A stretch of 64,000 bases of DNA. Origin: the human T2T-CHM13v2.0 reference genome, Homo sapiens. Position numbers and translations under genes: made by a program. The notes under the pieces were generated by a model. It made no database searches. It saw only the letters and a list, made by a program, of their open reading frames with translations, and had not been told where the DNA came from. The stretch lies in the NCBI RefSeq assembly GCF_009914755.1, contig NC_060926.1. The stretch is one strand, 5' to 3'. How positions within the stretch are numbered: position 1 is the stretch's first letter; the number at the start of each line of letters is the position of its first letter. Below, in pieces: positions 42,141 to 56,194 of this stretch.

Positions 42141-44182
42141 TAAAGACAAATGAGATTTGAGATTACATTTACATATTTTCTGGTAACTTGTTTTTCACAT
42201 TAATAATTTATCTCTTTATGTGTTATCAAATACTTTTTATTTATTTTTTTGGTGGTTACATAATATTCTTTAGTATGGATGTTTTTAATATTTCAGATTT
42301 TCAAGTAGTTTGGTATAATCAGATCTGAGCCTGTGCAGGCAGGGCAAATGGGAAACACTAGGAGCCAGAGGTGGATCTAGTGCATCCTTTGTGGGCAGGT
42401 GACCCTCACAAGTGATTTGAATTTCAGCAAGCCCTTCCCAAGGGTTCAGCTCTATCCCAGTCATGGCTGTGAGTTTCTCCCCGAAACTTCTGTACTAATG
42501 GTTTAAAAACAGATGGGAAGGGGGAACACTGCAGATTCCTCATTGCAGCTGCATCCACTTGGCACAGGGTGCAGGGTTGAAATAGCACATCCTCACTAAC
42601 TTCCTGGCTCTGCAGTTTTTTGTTTTTGTGATTAATGTCCAGTGCAAAGGTGAGTAATGGAGCAATTCATTGTAGTAATTCGAGTTATGGAGAATATATG
42701 GACTCCTTCGCTCAGCATCCCTTTCTTCAACTCCTTGTCGCATAAAAAGAATCATTACATTGGAGAATAGGATGCCATCAGCCACAGGACCAAGCAGAGA
42801 TACAATTCATGCGACCCAGGTGCTTCCACTCCCTCAGATTAATAATTAACACTTACAGCCTTCCTTTGCAGGACTGGAGGATGCTAACTGGATGGAGAGG
42901 GTGAGGAGAAGAGCTACCAATGCCTTCTCTTGGGCCCTATTTTTTTTTTTTTTGGCTGTGGCCCAAGGAGGACAGGTCAAGTATAAATGATCCACAACTG
43001 CTTCTAAATCAGTTTCACTCTTATGACCTATACCATCATCATTATTCCAAAGTAACCTTTGAGCCCTGGAAGAAGTTTGGGAGGGGGTTCAGGGAAAGAA
43101 ACCACCTGATTGGCATAGAAGAGGGACCTCCTCCTCCAGTGGGTCCAGGAAAGTGTGGCCACTGCCCCTTTGCAGAGTGTGGGAGAGTGCAGGAGGAGCA
43201 GGTGTAATAGCATATGAGGGTGTTTGTGCTGCCTCCCCGATTCAAAGAAATTGGTGGGACATCTGTGCACCTATCAGAGCCTGAGGCTGAGGACCCCTAA
43301 CTCCACCAGCTTTGGAATGAAGTGATAGTGCATTGCCCTAGTGTTCCCATAACTGTATGGGTAACCACGTGGGGTGGAGGTGGTGGGGAATGCATTAAGG
43401 CTGGATTTCTTGCTATGGCCTATGGGGATGCAGTTATACTGTTTTGGGTGTTGATGTTAATTGAAGTATTTCTGAACCAATTAGACCTTAGGTTCCTCTT
43501 TTATTTATCTAAAGTAGATATCTCAAAGTTAAATGGATTGAAGTGCACCTTGATGGGGCTGAACAGTATTACAATCTTTCTTGAAAAAATTCTCCACTGG
43601 GGGAGAAGGTGTGCAAAGGTAAGCGAATAAAGGAACTGGCTCAGCCTGTAGTGTTTACTTGCATTTTGGCAAATAACTTTCTCCTGGTGTGCTGTATGAG
43701 CATGTCCCTCTGTGCTTGGGTGTGAGAAAGGAGAGAGGAGGACAGGAGAGGAGAAGCGGACATGCCCATCAAACCTACAGCACCACAGGGATTTCCTGCC
43801 ATATTTGAGTGTTGGCCATTCCTGTCTCATCACTATAACTTCTTGGTGGGAAGGGGTTTAGGCCAGGGTGTGGAAGAAGCCCACATCCTAGCTCTCTCCT
43901 TCATTGACCTTTCTGTCTTAGCACCTGGGGCCTGTCTACACAAATAAACCCAATACATTGGATCCTGACGCCAGATTTTTATTCCCGAAGATATGTAAAC
44001 AACATTATCCAACTCCAAGGAATGGCAGCTTATGTTATCTTTACAAAGTCTCTGTTCCATTTTGCAACGCCTAAATTTCAGAAAGAAACTTCATGTGCAA
44101 TCTGTCTTTTCTGCTTCATATATTCCAACTCTAACCACACTGAGGCTCTCTCTCCATCCAGCATGTGTCTGATTGAAAATTC

Positions 44183-44525
44183 CATTCAACTCACTTCAAA
44201 TATGTATTGAGCACTTTTATGTTGACAGTAAAGTGGTAAAAGCCATAGGGGATACAAAATAAACATAAAGCACAGTCTCCAGCTTCAAAAAGTCTGCTGT
44301 GCTATTGGGACCAACATGGAGAAACAGCAAGATACCAACATGAGACAGAATATGTTTACTCATCAGAATGTGTTGTTCTGACATCAAGTGCATTGGATGT
44401 TCCAGAAAGGAGTTCTCAGTGAGAGCCAGAGTTGTCAGAACAGAAAGGTTTCTTGGAGAGGCCAGGGCTGATGTGGGGCTTTGAAGGATTGGGAGTGTTG
44501 GAAGATGTAGCAAGATCACATGCAA
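44183..44525 (-). mobile_element. L2 3' end
   Basis: CATTCAAC...ATGTATTGAGCACTTTTATGT...GGGGATACAAAATAAACAT. Confidence 0.7.
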
Positions 44526-45338
44526 AACATTTTCTGTTATTTCAGATTCTCTACAGAAGCCTTAAAGTTGAAAACAACATGACCTAATTACTCCTACAGT
44601 CTAAAGAGCTCACCAAGCTGCTGTCAGACATAGACAGGGCTTACTCAGAGGTGGCCAGGACATCCTGTGATCCTCGCTGCCCACTCCCCACTTCTGTACC
44701 CCCTACATACTCCTACCTGTTTATAAAAGCAGAAGATTATGAATGCTGCAAGAAGAGGCCCTTGCTGGGAGTTTTAGAAGTACACTGTCTGCCTAGTGAA
44801 AGTGGTGGGGCATGTCCTCTCCCATCTGAAAGAGGGAGGGGAACTACCCCTCCCCCAAGATGAGAGAGAAGAGCCCCATAGCCTCCTCCTGGGCTTGATA
44901 CTTGCTAAGAAATTGAAACTGTAGGCCTGGTCCAAAGTTGCCCCCAAAAAAGAACATAATGAGAGAGTTCTTGTGTGAACTTGGTACAAACCCCTGGAAG
45001 CGAGAAGGTATTATGAGCATAAAGACTGGTACCTGCTTCTTGCAGGGGTAATTTTGAAGGTGGGTGCCAGTGGGAGCAGCCTGTGATGTCAGGACTATGA
45101 GACTGCCTGCATTCCCACCACTTGGACTGCCAGGGATTGGTCAGTTTCCTGGGGACCACCTGGATGCTGTGGCACATAGGTGGTCCTGGGCCATCACTGG
45201 GACAGACTGAAAAGGGTGGTCTGGCAGGTGAGGACTCAGCCACCAAAAGCTGTGGATGTATGAAGGGGTGAGAGGAGAGGGGAGGGAGAATACAGGAAGT
45301 CAGGAGGGGTTTCTCCTCCTTGTCCAGGTATTGTGTTG

Positions 45339-45798
45339 TGTAGAAGCCGTAGGAATTGAAATGGAGTCAGTTGTGCCAAGCCTTAAAAAAATGGAGTGGG
45401 GAGGCCGTAAAGGAGGGGCTCTCACGCACACATTCCTATGATAACAACTATTACGAGGAGTTTCTGAAAACCATAACCTTGAAGAAAGGCCACCACAACC
45501 TTACACAAAAAATACCTCTGAGAGGACGCCTGCCCCAGCAACTGCCTGTTTGATGTCGGACTGGTGCCACCCTTGCTATTGATCCTTGTAGCCAAGAATA
45601 ATTATTTCAAAACAACTTATGCAACCTTCTCCATTTTGCCTCTCAAAATCCTTTCCTTCCCTTGCCTCTCTGGGTACAGCCACGGTCCCCCACGGGCTGC
45701 CATGGCACACATATTCCTGGATTGCAATCCTTCTTTCCATTCTGGAATAAACTCATTATCTTTGGCAATTCTCTCTCTGTTGTTACTTTAGGTTGACA
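45339..45798 (+). mobile_element. Solo LTR, MER67-like (ERV1)
   Basis: TG...TTTAGGTTGACA; CACCCTTGCTATTGATCCTTGTAGCCAAG motif; AATAAA near 45746; no matching TSD seen. Confidence 0.7.
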
Positions 45799-46369
45799 GC
45801 AGCATAGAGTCCCCTGGGATCACCCCCAAAGTTCATATGTAGCCCCAAAGTGGAACAGTTGTCACGTCGAGGTGCTGCTGGTAAAGAATGACACCAGGTA
45901 GGCAAAGTGTCCTGACTTTCTCTCACCTCCTCCTGGGCTCCTGATCTTGAGAGGAAGGGCGACCAGGTGGAGAGAGATGGAGGTGGAGGAAGAGTGAAGG
46001 GCCAGGCCAGGCCCTTTCCCTCCAAAGCTGTAAGTCAGGCATGGACTGGGGGAATGAGAAAGCCTTTACATTGCGGGTGAGATTTGATTTTAATTGATAC
46101 TGGTCAGGGCTTTTCAGTTCCTGAAAGGTGAGTCTGAATGATTCAGATGGCACTTTTCTTATGCCTGAGAGGCCCTGGACAGCTGCGGTCCTAAGATGTC
46201 AAGGGGCATGGAAGGGAGAGGCTGCAGAGTTCCACCAAAGGGTGTTTTCCTGGCACCCAACAAGGGCCAGTAAGCAGTTACAGAGACACAAGGATACTAG
46301 GAAGGGGAGTCTGGGAAGAGGGAGGAGCAGCAGGGAGAACGGGATAGGGTGGGCCTGAAGTGTTTGTGA

Positions 46370-46772
<403 letters not shown>

Positions 46773-46890
46773 GACTTCAACATTGTTGAGGGAATAAGCA
46801 GCAACAGGAGATTCAAGCAAATGAACACAAAGCAACATTCTACAACTCAAGCAGATTCCCTGGGAGGGGCTCATTCTCTGCAAAACAACC

Positions 46891-46966
46891 CTTCCTCCTG
46901 ACTCCATTTTTTTAAGGCTTGGCACAAGTGACTCCATTTCAATTCCTATGGCTTATCTTCCTCCTG
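46891..46966 (-). repeat. Inverted 54-bp copy of 45344-45397 flanked by 10-bp direct repeats
   Basis: 46901-46954 is 52/54 identical to the reverse complement of 45344-45397; CTTCCTCCTG at 46891-46900 and 46957-46966. Confidence 0.93.
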
Positions 46967-47226
46967 TCCTGGGCATTCCCTGCAGCCAGCCAGCATCTCT
47001 CCCTGACAGTGCTGATTGGGTTTGTTGTACCAGGTGGGTTTCAGAGTCTGTCTTCTCATGACATTATCCAATAGCTGTTTGGAAACAGAGACGCAGATAA
47101 GGGGGATTTTTGGGAGGAGGGACACTCTATTCCTATTTTTCCAGTCACCATGAGGGTGGGAAAGACCTGCTGATCTTGCCTTTGTGTATCACATTCCGGG
47201 GATTTGTACCAAGTATCTACTGTGTA

Positions 47227-47252
47227 TCCAAATTGATTTAAATCAATTTGGA
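47227..47252. repeat. Perfect 26-bp palindrome
   Basis: TCCAAATTGATTT|AAATCAATTTGGA. Confidence 0.97.
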
Positions 47253-48166
47253 CCCAGAGATGGCAGTTTAATTTTCAGTTTACAAAACAAATGAGGAACA
47301 AGTAGGAGAGACGAAGGTATTCTTGTTTGCAGGGTACTGAGAAGGATGATCCAGCAAAGTTCCTTTATGAATGGATTTCCAGAGGGCGTTAATTATGATC
47401 AGTAGGCTGGAGCTTGGGGAGACACACACTGCTCAAATCAGCAATCAATAGCTGTCTTGTTTATGTACTTCTGTATGCCTGGCTTGCATTTGCCTCTATA
47501 GAAGTTAAACATTTGATCTGCACTCTTGGTGGGGGGTGGTGGTAAGAAGTGCCTTGTTTTTATAAATCAAATTTATCCTGACTTTAATTCTCCAGTGGGT
47601 GAGAAATTAGATCTCAGCCTTTTTTGGAAGACCACTCCATTTCCATGCAGGTACAGAAGGATCAGGGAAGTGGGAATGGCAGAAAGGCCTCTGGTCTGTG
47701 GAGCATCATTGTGATGGTTAAGATTCTTGTGGTTCAAGCTTATGTGGTCCATTTGGAGGTGGTTGGCTTCACTGCTTTCCTGTCGAGCATTGGCATGGCA
47801 TCTTGGGCTGCTGTCCCCAAAGACAGCTCTATTGATGTGTAATCTCCCAGCATCCCTGAGCTAACTCTAGCACCTCTTCCAGCACTTTAAGAGGCCACAA
47901 ACATAGTCTGCTTTTCAGACTCCCTTAAAAAAATGCCAGCTGCTCTTGATGTGGCTGCTTCCACTTGCACTACCTAACCCAACTCCATTGCTCTAGGATC
48001 ATTCAGTCTCATTGCTTTCATGAGCCGTGGGTCTTGGCTACAGAAGCCTTCATGGGGGAAGAGAGTGTTTCCTCCCTAGTGCACATCAACTTTTGCTCCC
48101 TGCAACCCAAAAGCACACAAGAAAAGCTGACACGAGGCTTGAATTCCTTTTTGCATTTCTTAAGGT

Positions 48167-48190
48167 GGGGGTGGGGGTGGGGTGGGAGGG
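48167..48190 (+). other. G-quadruplex motif
   Basis: G5-T-G5-T-G4-T-G3-A-G3, single-nucleotide loops. Confidence 0.7.
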
Positions 48191-48797
48191 ATACCTATAG
48201 TTAGAAGTGATAAGCCACACATATATCATTCTGTCACATCTGTCTAGTCCTTAGAGCACTAACAGTGAGTAGATGGAGGCACTTCCCAGTGAGGAATATA
48301 GCTGTGAGCCATCAGCAGTTGACATTCTCAGCAATGCCAGGGTGAGTGTGGTGGTCCTCTGGAGGGTTCTGGACTGAGCACCTTGGTATTTACTACAGTG
48401 TATGCCAGGCAGCATCTACTGTTGACCCTCACTGCCCACCTCCGGATTGTTACTCAAACTACATGGGAGCATCTGGCTTTGACAGCCTACCCTGTCAAAG
48501 AAGATAACTGAACAAGTAAGGAGACTGATTTTATTCCGGTTATTGCAATAGGGAGAGCACCCAGATCCAGAGATTAAAGTGTCTGAGCAAGGTGTTTTGC
48601 CTTAGACTTTTATGAGGAGGGGTAAGCATATTGCAAGAGAGATGGTTTATAGCTGGGATTGCTTTGCAAACAGGAAAGGTCTCAGTTATCTGGGCAGGAT
48701 TTTTTTTTTCCTTATGGTTGGCTAGTCTCAGAGGCACAAACAGGTCTAATCTCAGCTAATAACTCATGAGATAAGGAATGTGAAGTTGGCAGGTCTG

Positions 48798-49542
48798 TGT
48801 TATAAGTCAAATTGTGTCTCTCAATATATATGTTGAAGTTCTAACTCCCAGTACCTGTGCATGTGACCTTATTTGGAAATAGGGTCTTTGTAGATGTAAT
48901 CAAATTAAGATGAAGTCATGGGCCAGGCGCAGTGGCTCATGCCTGTAATCCCAGCACTTTGGGAGGCCGAAGTGGGTGGATCATGAGGTCAGGAGTTTGA
49001 GATTACCCTGGCCAACATAGTGAAACCCTGTCTCTACTAAAATACAAAAATTAGCCCGGCTTGGTGGCATGTGCCTGTAATCCTAGCTACTTGGGAGGCT
49101 GAGGCAAGAGAATTGCTTGAATCCAGGAGGTGGAGGTTGTAGTGAGCCAAGATTGCACCACTGTACTCTAGCCTGGGTGACAGAGTGAGACTCCATCTCC
49201 ACAAAAAAAAAAAAAAAAAGATAAGGTCATCAGGATGGGTACTAATCCAATACGATGGGTCCATATATAAGATAAGGAGAAGGCAGAGTTGCACAGGGAG
49301 AGGAATGCTGTGTGATAACAGAGGCAGAGACTGGAGTTACAGTTACAAGCCAAGGGATGTCAAAGATTGCTGGTGACACCAGAAGCCAGAGGAAAGCATG
49401 AAATAGATTCTCCCCTAGAGCCTGGAAAAAGCATGGTCCTTTCAGACTTCAAGCCTTCAGAACTGGGAGATCATAAGCTTCAGTTGATTTAAAACCACCC
49501 ATTTGTGGTGCTTTGTTGCAGCAACTCTAGGAAACTAGCACA
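48798..49542 (+). mobile_element. MLT1B/C-like MaLR LTR
   Basis: ATGTGACCTTATTTGGAAATAGGGTCTTTG ... TTTGTTGCAGCAACTCTAGGAAACTAGCACA. Confidence 0.82.
48921..49217 (+). mobile_element. AluS (Sg-like)
   Basis: Full dimer, GGATCATGAGGTCAGGAG; TSD-like AAGATGAAGTCAT/AAGATAAGGTCAT. Confidence 0.95.
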
Positions 49543-51139
49543 ATCTATATCTGGCCTTAGAAACAGGGTCAAGCGAAAGGGCAAAGGACTATTCAGCCAT
49601 GGCATAGGTAAATAAAACAGGCACCCAAGAGTCTTACGAGAGTCTTGAGAAAGAGTGGATGGCAAGTCTTGCTTAAGTCACGTGGAAGAGGATGCTTTTT
49701 TTATGGGAAGCCATTTCAGGAACACAAAAAGATGGGGGTTTCCTTAACCATCACTGTTTCCTGGGAGCACAGGGCTCAACATCGTCAACCCACATAAATC
49801 CATATATGGATTTCCACACCTACAAGTTAAATTCTAACCTGCCTGGTCTGATGTCCAGGAGTCAGACCTCCCAACCTCATCAGCATTCTCTGCTTTGCTT
49901 GTCATTCTGGCGATGCTCACATACCTCATATCCGACCCTCTGTGTCACTCCGCAAACACACCTTGCTGTTTACTGACTGTGCCTTTGTGAATGTCATTCC
50001 TTCTGCCTCAAACGTTCTCTCTTTGTTTCCCCTTTTTTGGTTTCACTTGTCCTTCCATACCCGTCTTTCCGAGGAACCCACCCTCACATCCTCCCTCCCA
50101 GACCTCTCTGGGACTTCATGGAAACTAGTTTGGTGCTCACCTTCACGATGTGCTTCTCCCACGGCATCAACGTTCTCATTTCTCCTCTCTCCTTGTGGGC
50201 TCTAGCTTCATCCAGGGGTCGGTTCATGCATGTTCTGATTCTCTATCTTGCTGTGAAGCTCAATGCTTAGTATAGAACAGGTGATAAATAGGTATTTGCT
50301 GAGCTGAAACAAACTCTTTCTCCTTCACACACCTCTCCCTGACCCTTAGAAATGTTCCCTCTTTAACACTTCATGTTATCTTTTCTTTTATTTTTCCTTG
50401 AGAGCTCCTTCACTGCTGTAAGTTCAGCTCTATCAGGTAGGTCAGGTCTGTACTTTCAGGTTTCACTGCCTTCTCAATGTAAGCATTCCGTTTACAGCTT
50501 TAGTATTCTAGCCATAGCCAGAAAAAAAAAATCCTTTTTATTTGCATAGGCTTCATAAATACTTTTTTCTCATCACAAAAGGTATCGCATGCTCATTGCA
50601 AAAAAAAAAAAAAGTTTTGGCAAATAAGAAAAGCAAAACACAAACTCTAAGAACATATAAAATCATTTATACTTCTGCAACCCAGAGGAAACTATATATT
50701 AATGTCATATCACTGTACAAAATGAGCATCGTGCTGTGCATTCTATTTTGTAACCTGATTTTTCTCATTTAACATTTCAAGATGAATTTTCCATGTTAAT
50801 AAACACTCATTTGAAATACCACAAATGCTTTTCAAGAAGGAGTATTGTTAGCATAGAGACAATTTTTTTTTTCTGGTAAGAAGGTCTCTCTGTCCCCTCC
50901 TTTTTTTTGGAGGCCAAACCTATTTGACTAAAAAAATTTACAAGTTTGAAGATGCGACAAGTATCTCTCATCAAGGTGATGTAGAGATTGGTGCTAAAAA
51001 TAATAACTAAAAAGTAAAAGGGCAACATGTTTAATGTGGAGATGTAGCTTACCTTTTCCATCCCAAAGATGGACTTTTTAAGGGACTCAGGTATGTTCAG
51101 AATCTGAATGGTAGTGGTAGTGATTAAGGCAAAAAGGGA

Positions 51140-51315
51140 CCCATCATCTTCCTATCACCTTCACCATCATCATCTCTCCATCACCATCGCCATCATCTTC
51201 ACTATCATCAGCATCACTATCATAACCACCAATACCACTACCATTTTCTCCTCTCCTCCTCCACCTCTTTCTTCTTTTTCTTCTTCACCTTCATCATTTT
51301 GTATCATTATCATCA
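51140..51315. repeat. Degenerate (CAT/CAC/CCT)n low-complexity tract
   Basis: Read directly. Confidence 0.85.
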
Positions 51316-52078
51316 ATATTCCCTTTCCAACTTTAATTTCTTAGAGATTTCAAAGTTATATGAATGTGAGGCACACAAGAGCTGAAGAGACAATTTAAAA
51401 AATTAGTGGAATATATTTAGGAGTTTTTCCTAAACTATTCTCACCTCTAGGGCTGATTGAATTCTTGTATGTGGAAATATGACCTGTGAGATAATTCTGA
51501 TATAAGAAGTTTTCTTTCAGTCCTATGAGTTTTTTTAAAAAAATTCCAAAATAATATCCATAAAAACAAGCCAAAGAGAGTATTTTTTACTAGTCTATAT
51601 TTATATTTATCAAACTCACCCATCTGCTTAATGCTTTAAGGTCAGGCTTTTAGGCAGAAATCTCACATGGAGTTCCCTGCATTATGTAGCAGTTTATCTG
51701 GCTAGATAATTTATATGATTTTTTTTTTTTACAGAAATTGTAGGGAATGCATTCCAAATCGTAATATACAAATGGATGTTTACATTTTCTTCTTCAAAGA
51801 GGGAAGTAACCCTGAGAAAGATGTCAGAATACCACAGAGCAGACCCTAAGTAAGAGCACCTGGTGTCTCCAGTGGTTGAAATGATGTATTAATGAGTTCT
51901 CATTCTCAGTGACATTTTACCAGGAACCAATTAACCGTAGTAATTACATCTCTTCCACTGCGTGCTCTGAAATGTGGAGTGCACGGGTATGGGGTTGCTG
52001 TGTTTGCTGAATTGTTTTTTTCTGTATGACAACAATTTAAACAAGTGTGAGTTGTTTATTATGTTCCCTTTACCTTCC

Positions 52079-52408
52079 TTTTTTGTTTTGTTGTTGTTGT
52101 TATTTCTGTTTTTGTTTTTGTTTTTTTGAGATGGAGTCTCTCTCAGTCACCGAGGCCGGAGTACAGTGGTGCCATCTTGGCTCACTGCAACCTCCGGTCC
52201 CCAGGTTCAAGCAATTCTCCTGTCTCAGCCTTGTGAGTAGCTAGGTACAGGCACACACCACCACACCCAACTAATTTTTGTATTTTTAGTAGAGATGGGT
52301 GTTTCATCATGTCGGCTGGGCTGGCCTTGAACTCCTGACCTCAAGTGATTTGCCCGCCTCGGCCTCCCAAAGTGCTGGGGTTACAGGCGTGAGCTACTGC
52401 GCTCAACC
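52079..52408 (-). mobile_element. AluS
   Basis: Antisense dimer with (TTTTG)n tail; TTTACCTTC on both sides. Confidence 0.94.
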
Positions 52409-52724
52409 CCGTTTACCTTCTGAGTATCTCAGCATAAAAGAAAATTTTGCAAATAATCATTTTTAGAATCACACAGAATACTGGTGCATGCAAATGACAA
52501 CAACCAAGTACAACCAGAAAGCTGCACCACAGTGTGCTTTAAAAGGTGGCAGAAAACACACTGGGGAGAGAGCACCTAGTTAAGAACGGAGAGATAAAAG
52601 CTGCATACCAGATTGCTTAGGAAATGAAAGACTGAGTAAGAGGTCCCGGACAATGGTCTCTTGTTGATAATGAGGTGAGTGCTGTTAAACAGAAAACTTT
52701 GTTGTTGTGTCAGAACTGCTGAAG

Positions 52725-52900
52725 ATCTTTCTAAAGTTTCAGTTTTCTAAAGTAAGGGACCTTTCTATGCTTCAACTCCTTTCCTGCAAAATGGGAAACA
52801 TGCCTCATAGGTTTGTTGTGAGGATACGTTAATATATGCAAAAGTACTTAGGATGCTGTCTGGTATATTGCAAATGCTTAGTAAATACCAGTTGTTATTT
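52725..52900 (+). mobile_element. MIR
   Basis: TTCCTGCAAAATGGG...CCTCATAGGTTTGTTGTGAGGAT. Confidence 0.7.
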
Positions 52901-53032
52901 TATTAAGTCTAGTAAACATAATTTGGCATTCTAAAATTAGGAACTTACAGAGCTATGGTCTCCTTTTTAGAAAAGAGCACTATTTTTTTTGTGAAACATA
53001 ATATATCATGGGTAAAAATTAAAATAGTATAC

Positions 53033-53346
53033 GTCTTAGTGTGTTCAGGTTGTTATAAGAAAATATCATAAACTGTGTCGCTCATGAACAACTAACTTAT
53101 TTCTCACAGTTCTGGAGGTTGCTATGTCCAAGATGAAGGCACCAGCAGATTTGGCATCTGGTGAGGGCCCTTTTCCTGTTTCATAGATGGTAGCTTCTCA
53201 CTGTGTCATCACATGGTGGAAGGGACAAGGCAGTTCCCTGGGGCCTCTTTTATAAGAATGTTAACCCCATTTATGAGGGCTCCACGCTTACTACCTAATC
53301 ACCTCCCAAAGGCCCCACCTCCTAATACCATAGCCTTGGGAATTAG
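53033..53346 (-). mobile_element. MST/MLT1A-type MaLR LTR
   Basis: TTTCTCACAGTTCTGGAGG, ATCTGGTGAGGGCC, CCTAATCACCTCCCAAAGGCCCCACCTCCTAATACC. Confidence 0.82.
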
Positions 53347-54400
53347 TATACTCAAATAAAGAAGGAAAAGACACTAAAACTAGCTCAAATCTGAAAAAGA
53401 TATGCACTGTTAAAATGCTTTACAGAATCCTTTTAGCACCAATCTCTCTATAAATAAATATGGATATATCACAGATAGATCTAATTTTATAGTGGATCAT
53501 AATATATTCTGTAACTGATTTTTATCACTTACGCAGCAAATATGTCCTAGATATTTTTTATGTTTAATATGACCTCCATCATCATTTTTAATGGCTGCAT
53601 AATATTCTGGCAAGCATTTGAATCATACCCCAATTGTCTAATCCTCCAGCAACGAATATTTAGATTGCTTTCATCTTTTTTTGCTCAATAAAATTCCTTA
53701 TGTATGCCTCATGTGCCACTTATGCATTTAATTCCTAATTGTAAATTCACAGATATAAGATTTCTAGGTCAAATGGTTATACATTTTATATTTTGAATCA
53801 TATTTTTCTTCTGTTCTTTTAAAAAGGTTAAACTAATTTGTACTCAACAAGGATAAGATTTGCTAGACAGAGATAGGAGACAGCAGAGAGGAAGGATATT
53901 TTAAGTGGAAGGAACAGTGTGAGAAAAAGCAGGGAGTTGGGGAAATATATACTTTCTTGGGAGAGTCTTCATGTTTTTTTATTGAGCTTGCTATTTTTCA
54001 CTCAAGAACATCTTATGGAAACCTCTTCATACAACTGATATTCATTCTTTTAAAAGGCGTGGTGTGGGTGAGCCCTAATTTATTCAGCCTTTTCACCGCT
54101 ATTAGTCATTCACTTTTTTAAACACCAGGTAACACCATCTCTCTTTCCTCCAGGATCAGTTGTTCCTTGTGTTCATCTCCATCTTTCCCTCTTGTAGGGG
54201 AGCCCAAGACCTTCCCTGGAAGACTGTTCAATTTTGTTGGCAAATGTTTATCCAGCTTTATTCTGGAGTCCGTATTTCTGTTGCCATTTATTCTGAGTGC
54301 AGCATGTGGAGCCACCCTCAGTGGCTGCTTTGGACTATTGCATGTAAAGCCTTGTTTCTTCTCTTGCTTCTCACTTCACTCTTGGTGCCTCCTTACCGAG

Positions 54401-54852
54401 TGTGGTCGACAGAATAATGACCCCCAAAGATATCTGCATCCTAATCTCTGGAACCTGTGAATATGTTACCCTACAAGGCTAAAGGGACTTCACGAAGTAT
54501 TATGTTAAGGATCTTGAGATCAGGAGATTTTCCTAGATTACCTGGGTGGACCCAATCCAATCACAAAGGTTCTTAAGGCAGCAAGGTCAGAGTCAGAAGA
54601 GATGTGACAATGAATACAGAGGTAGGAGTGATGTGGCCACAAACCAAGGAATATGGGCGGCTTTTAGAAACTGGCAAAGGCATGGAAACAGATGTTTCTC
54701 TAGAGCCTCCAGAGGGGATGCAGGCTTTGATTTTGGTGTTGGGGCCTCATTTTAGACTTCTGAACTCCAAAATTGTTAGAAAATAAATTGGCCTTGTTTT
54801 AAGCCACTGGGTTTGTGGTAATTTGTTACAACTGTAATAGGAAACTAACACG
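54401..54852 (+). mobile_element. MLT1D-like MaLR LTR
   Basis: TGTGGTCGACAGAATAATGACCCCCAAAGAT ... TTTGTGGTAATTTGTTACAACTGTAATAGGAAACTAACA. Confidence 0.85.
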
Positions 54853-55165
54853 GCAAGTCATGGAAGAACTGTGCAAAGGTGAAGGGAGGATTGCTTCCCA
54901 CCCGCATAGCCTTTCTCCTCAGCATACTCTGTGCTGTGGCTTCCTCCATCTAATGATCAACAAGGACACACTCCCTTCTCCTTTTCACCTTCTGGAAGGC
55001 TGCACACATGTGTTCTCGATCAGTGATCCACCCTTCCTATCCTTAGTGCTCCTGTGAGCTTGCTCTCTTTTCTATCTTTTTATCATCGCAGTAAATTTGG
55101 GGAAGGATAAGAGGTTCTCTTCATATTAGTGGTATCAGAATGTTTCAAAAAGTCGCATTATTTTC

Positions 55166-55491
<326 letters not shown>

Positions 55492-56194
55492 TCACAAGTA
55501 ATGCTTCTGGCTTTCCCTCAGCCTCCCTGAAGCCCAACACAGGCATTTGTGAGACAGCTGGTAGAGATTAGCAGTGCAGACTCTGCAAATTGTGCGAAGA
55601 TCTTCTTCATAGAAAGATAACAGAAATGAAACAGCAACCTTGGCCTTATAAGCTCCAGTCTCCTATCCACTGTACCAGTTGTGCAGCCATCTGATGCGGA
55701 TTCCAGCCAAATCCTGCCTCACTCTTGGCCCTGGGCATGGCCCTGCAGTCTTGCAATGAGAGAAAACATTGTTTTTCTCTAGGAATCTCTGGGAAGATAG
55801 TGGAAAGCTGAGCAGGCCTTCGTGGGAGCCCGCGTTGCAGAGCAGTGACTGACTGCTGGGTCTTGGTCTGTTCTGTGGCTGCAGGCAGGGAGCTTATTTC
55901 CCTGCAATGGCTCCTTACTTGATTACTGGGCTCTGCTTGCACATTTCCTCAAGTTCTGAAGCTTTCTTGTACTCCATAGAGAGGAGCAGGGCATCCAGTG
56001 GATTGGCAGTCTTGGCTTTAATAAGAGGCAAACATTGACTTCCTCCCTAGCCTGGGCATAGTCCACAAAACATGGACTATTTTTTTTTTTTTTTGTTTAA
56101 ACAATCATATCTGCGACTTGGAAGGCGAAAACACCAACTTTAATCATTTCACTGTTTGACTATTTCTACTATATGAGAAAGTGTCCAGGTTGTA

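Larger units (their letters stand above)
48493..49790 (-). mobile_element. ERV1-type LTR (MER31/MER90-like), split by MLT1 plus Alu
   Basis: TGTCAAAGA...TATTGCAATAGGGAGAG start; CTGTTTCCTGGGAGCACAGGGCTCA end. Confidence 0.5.

Noticed and set aside
51107-51344. His/Thr/Ser-rich ORF
   Set aside because: Translation of a degenerate trinucleotide tract.
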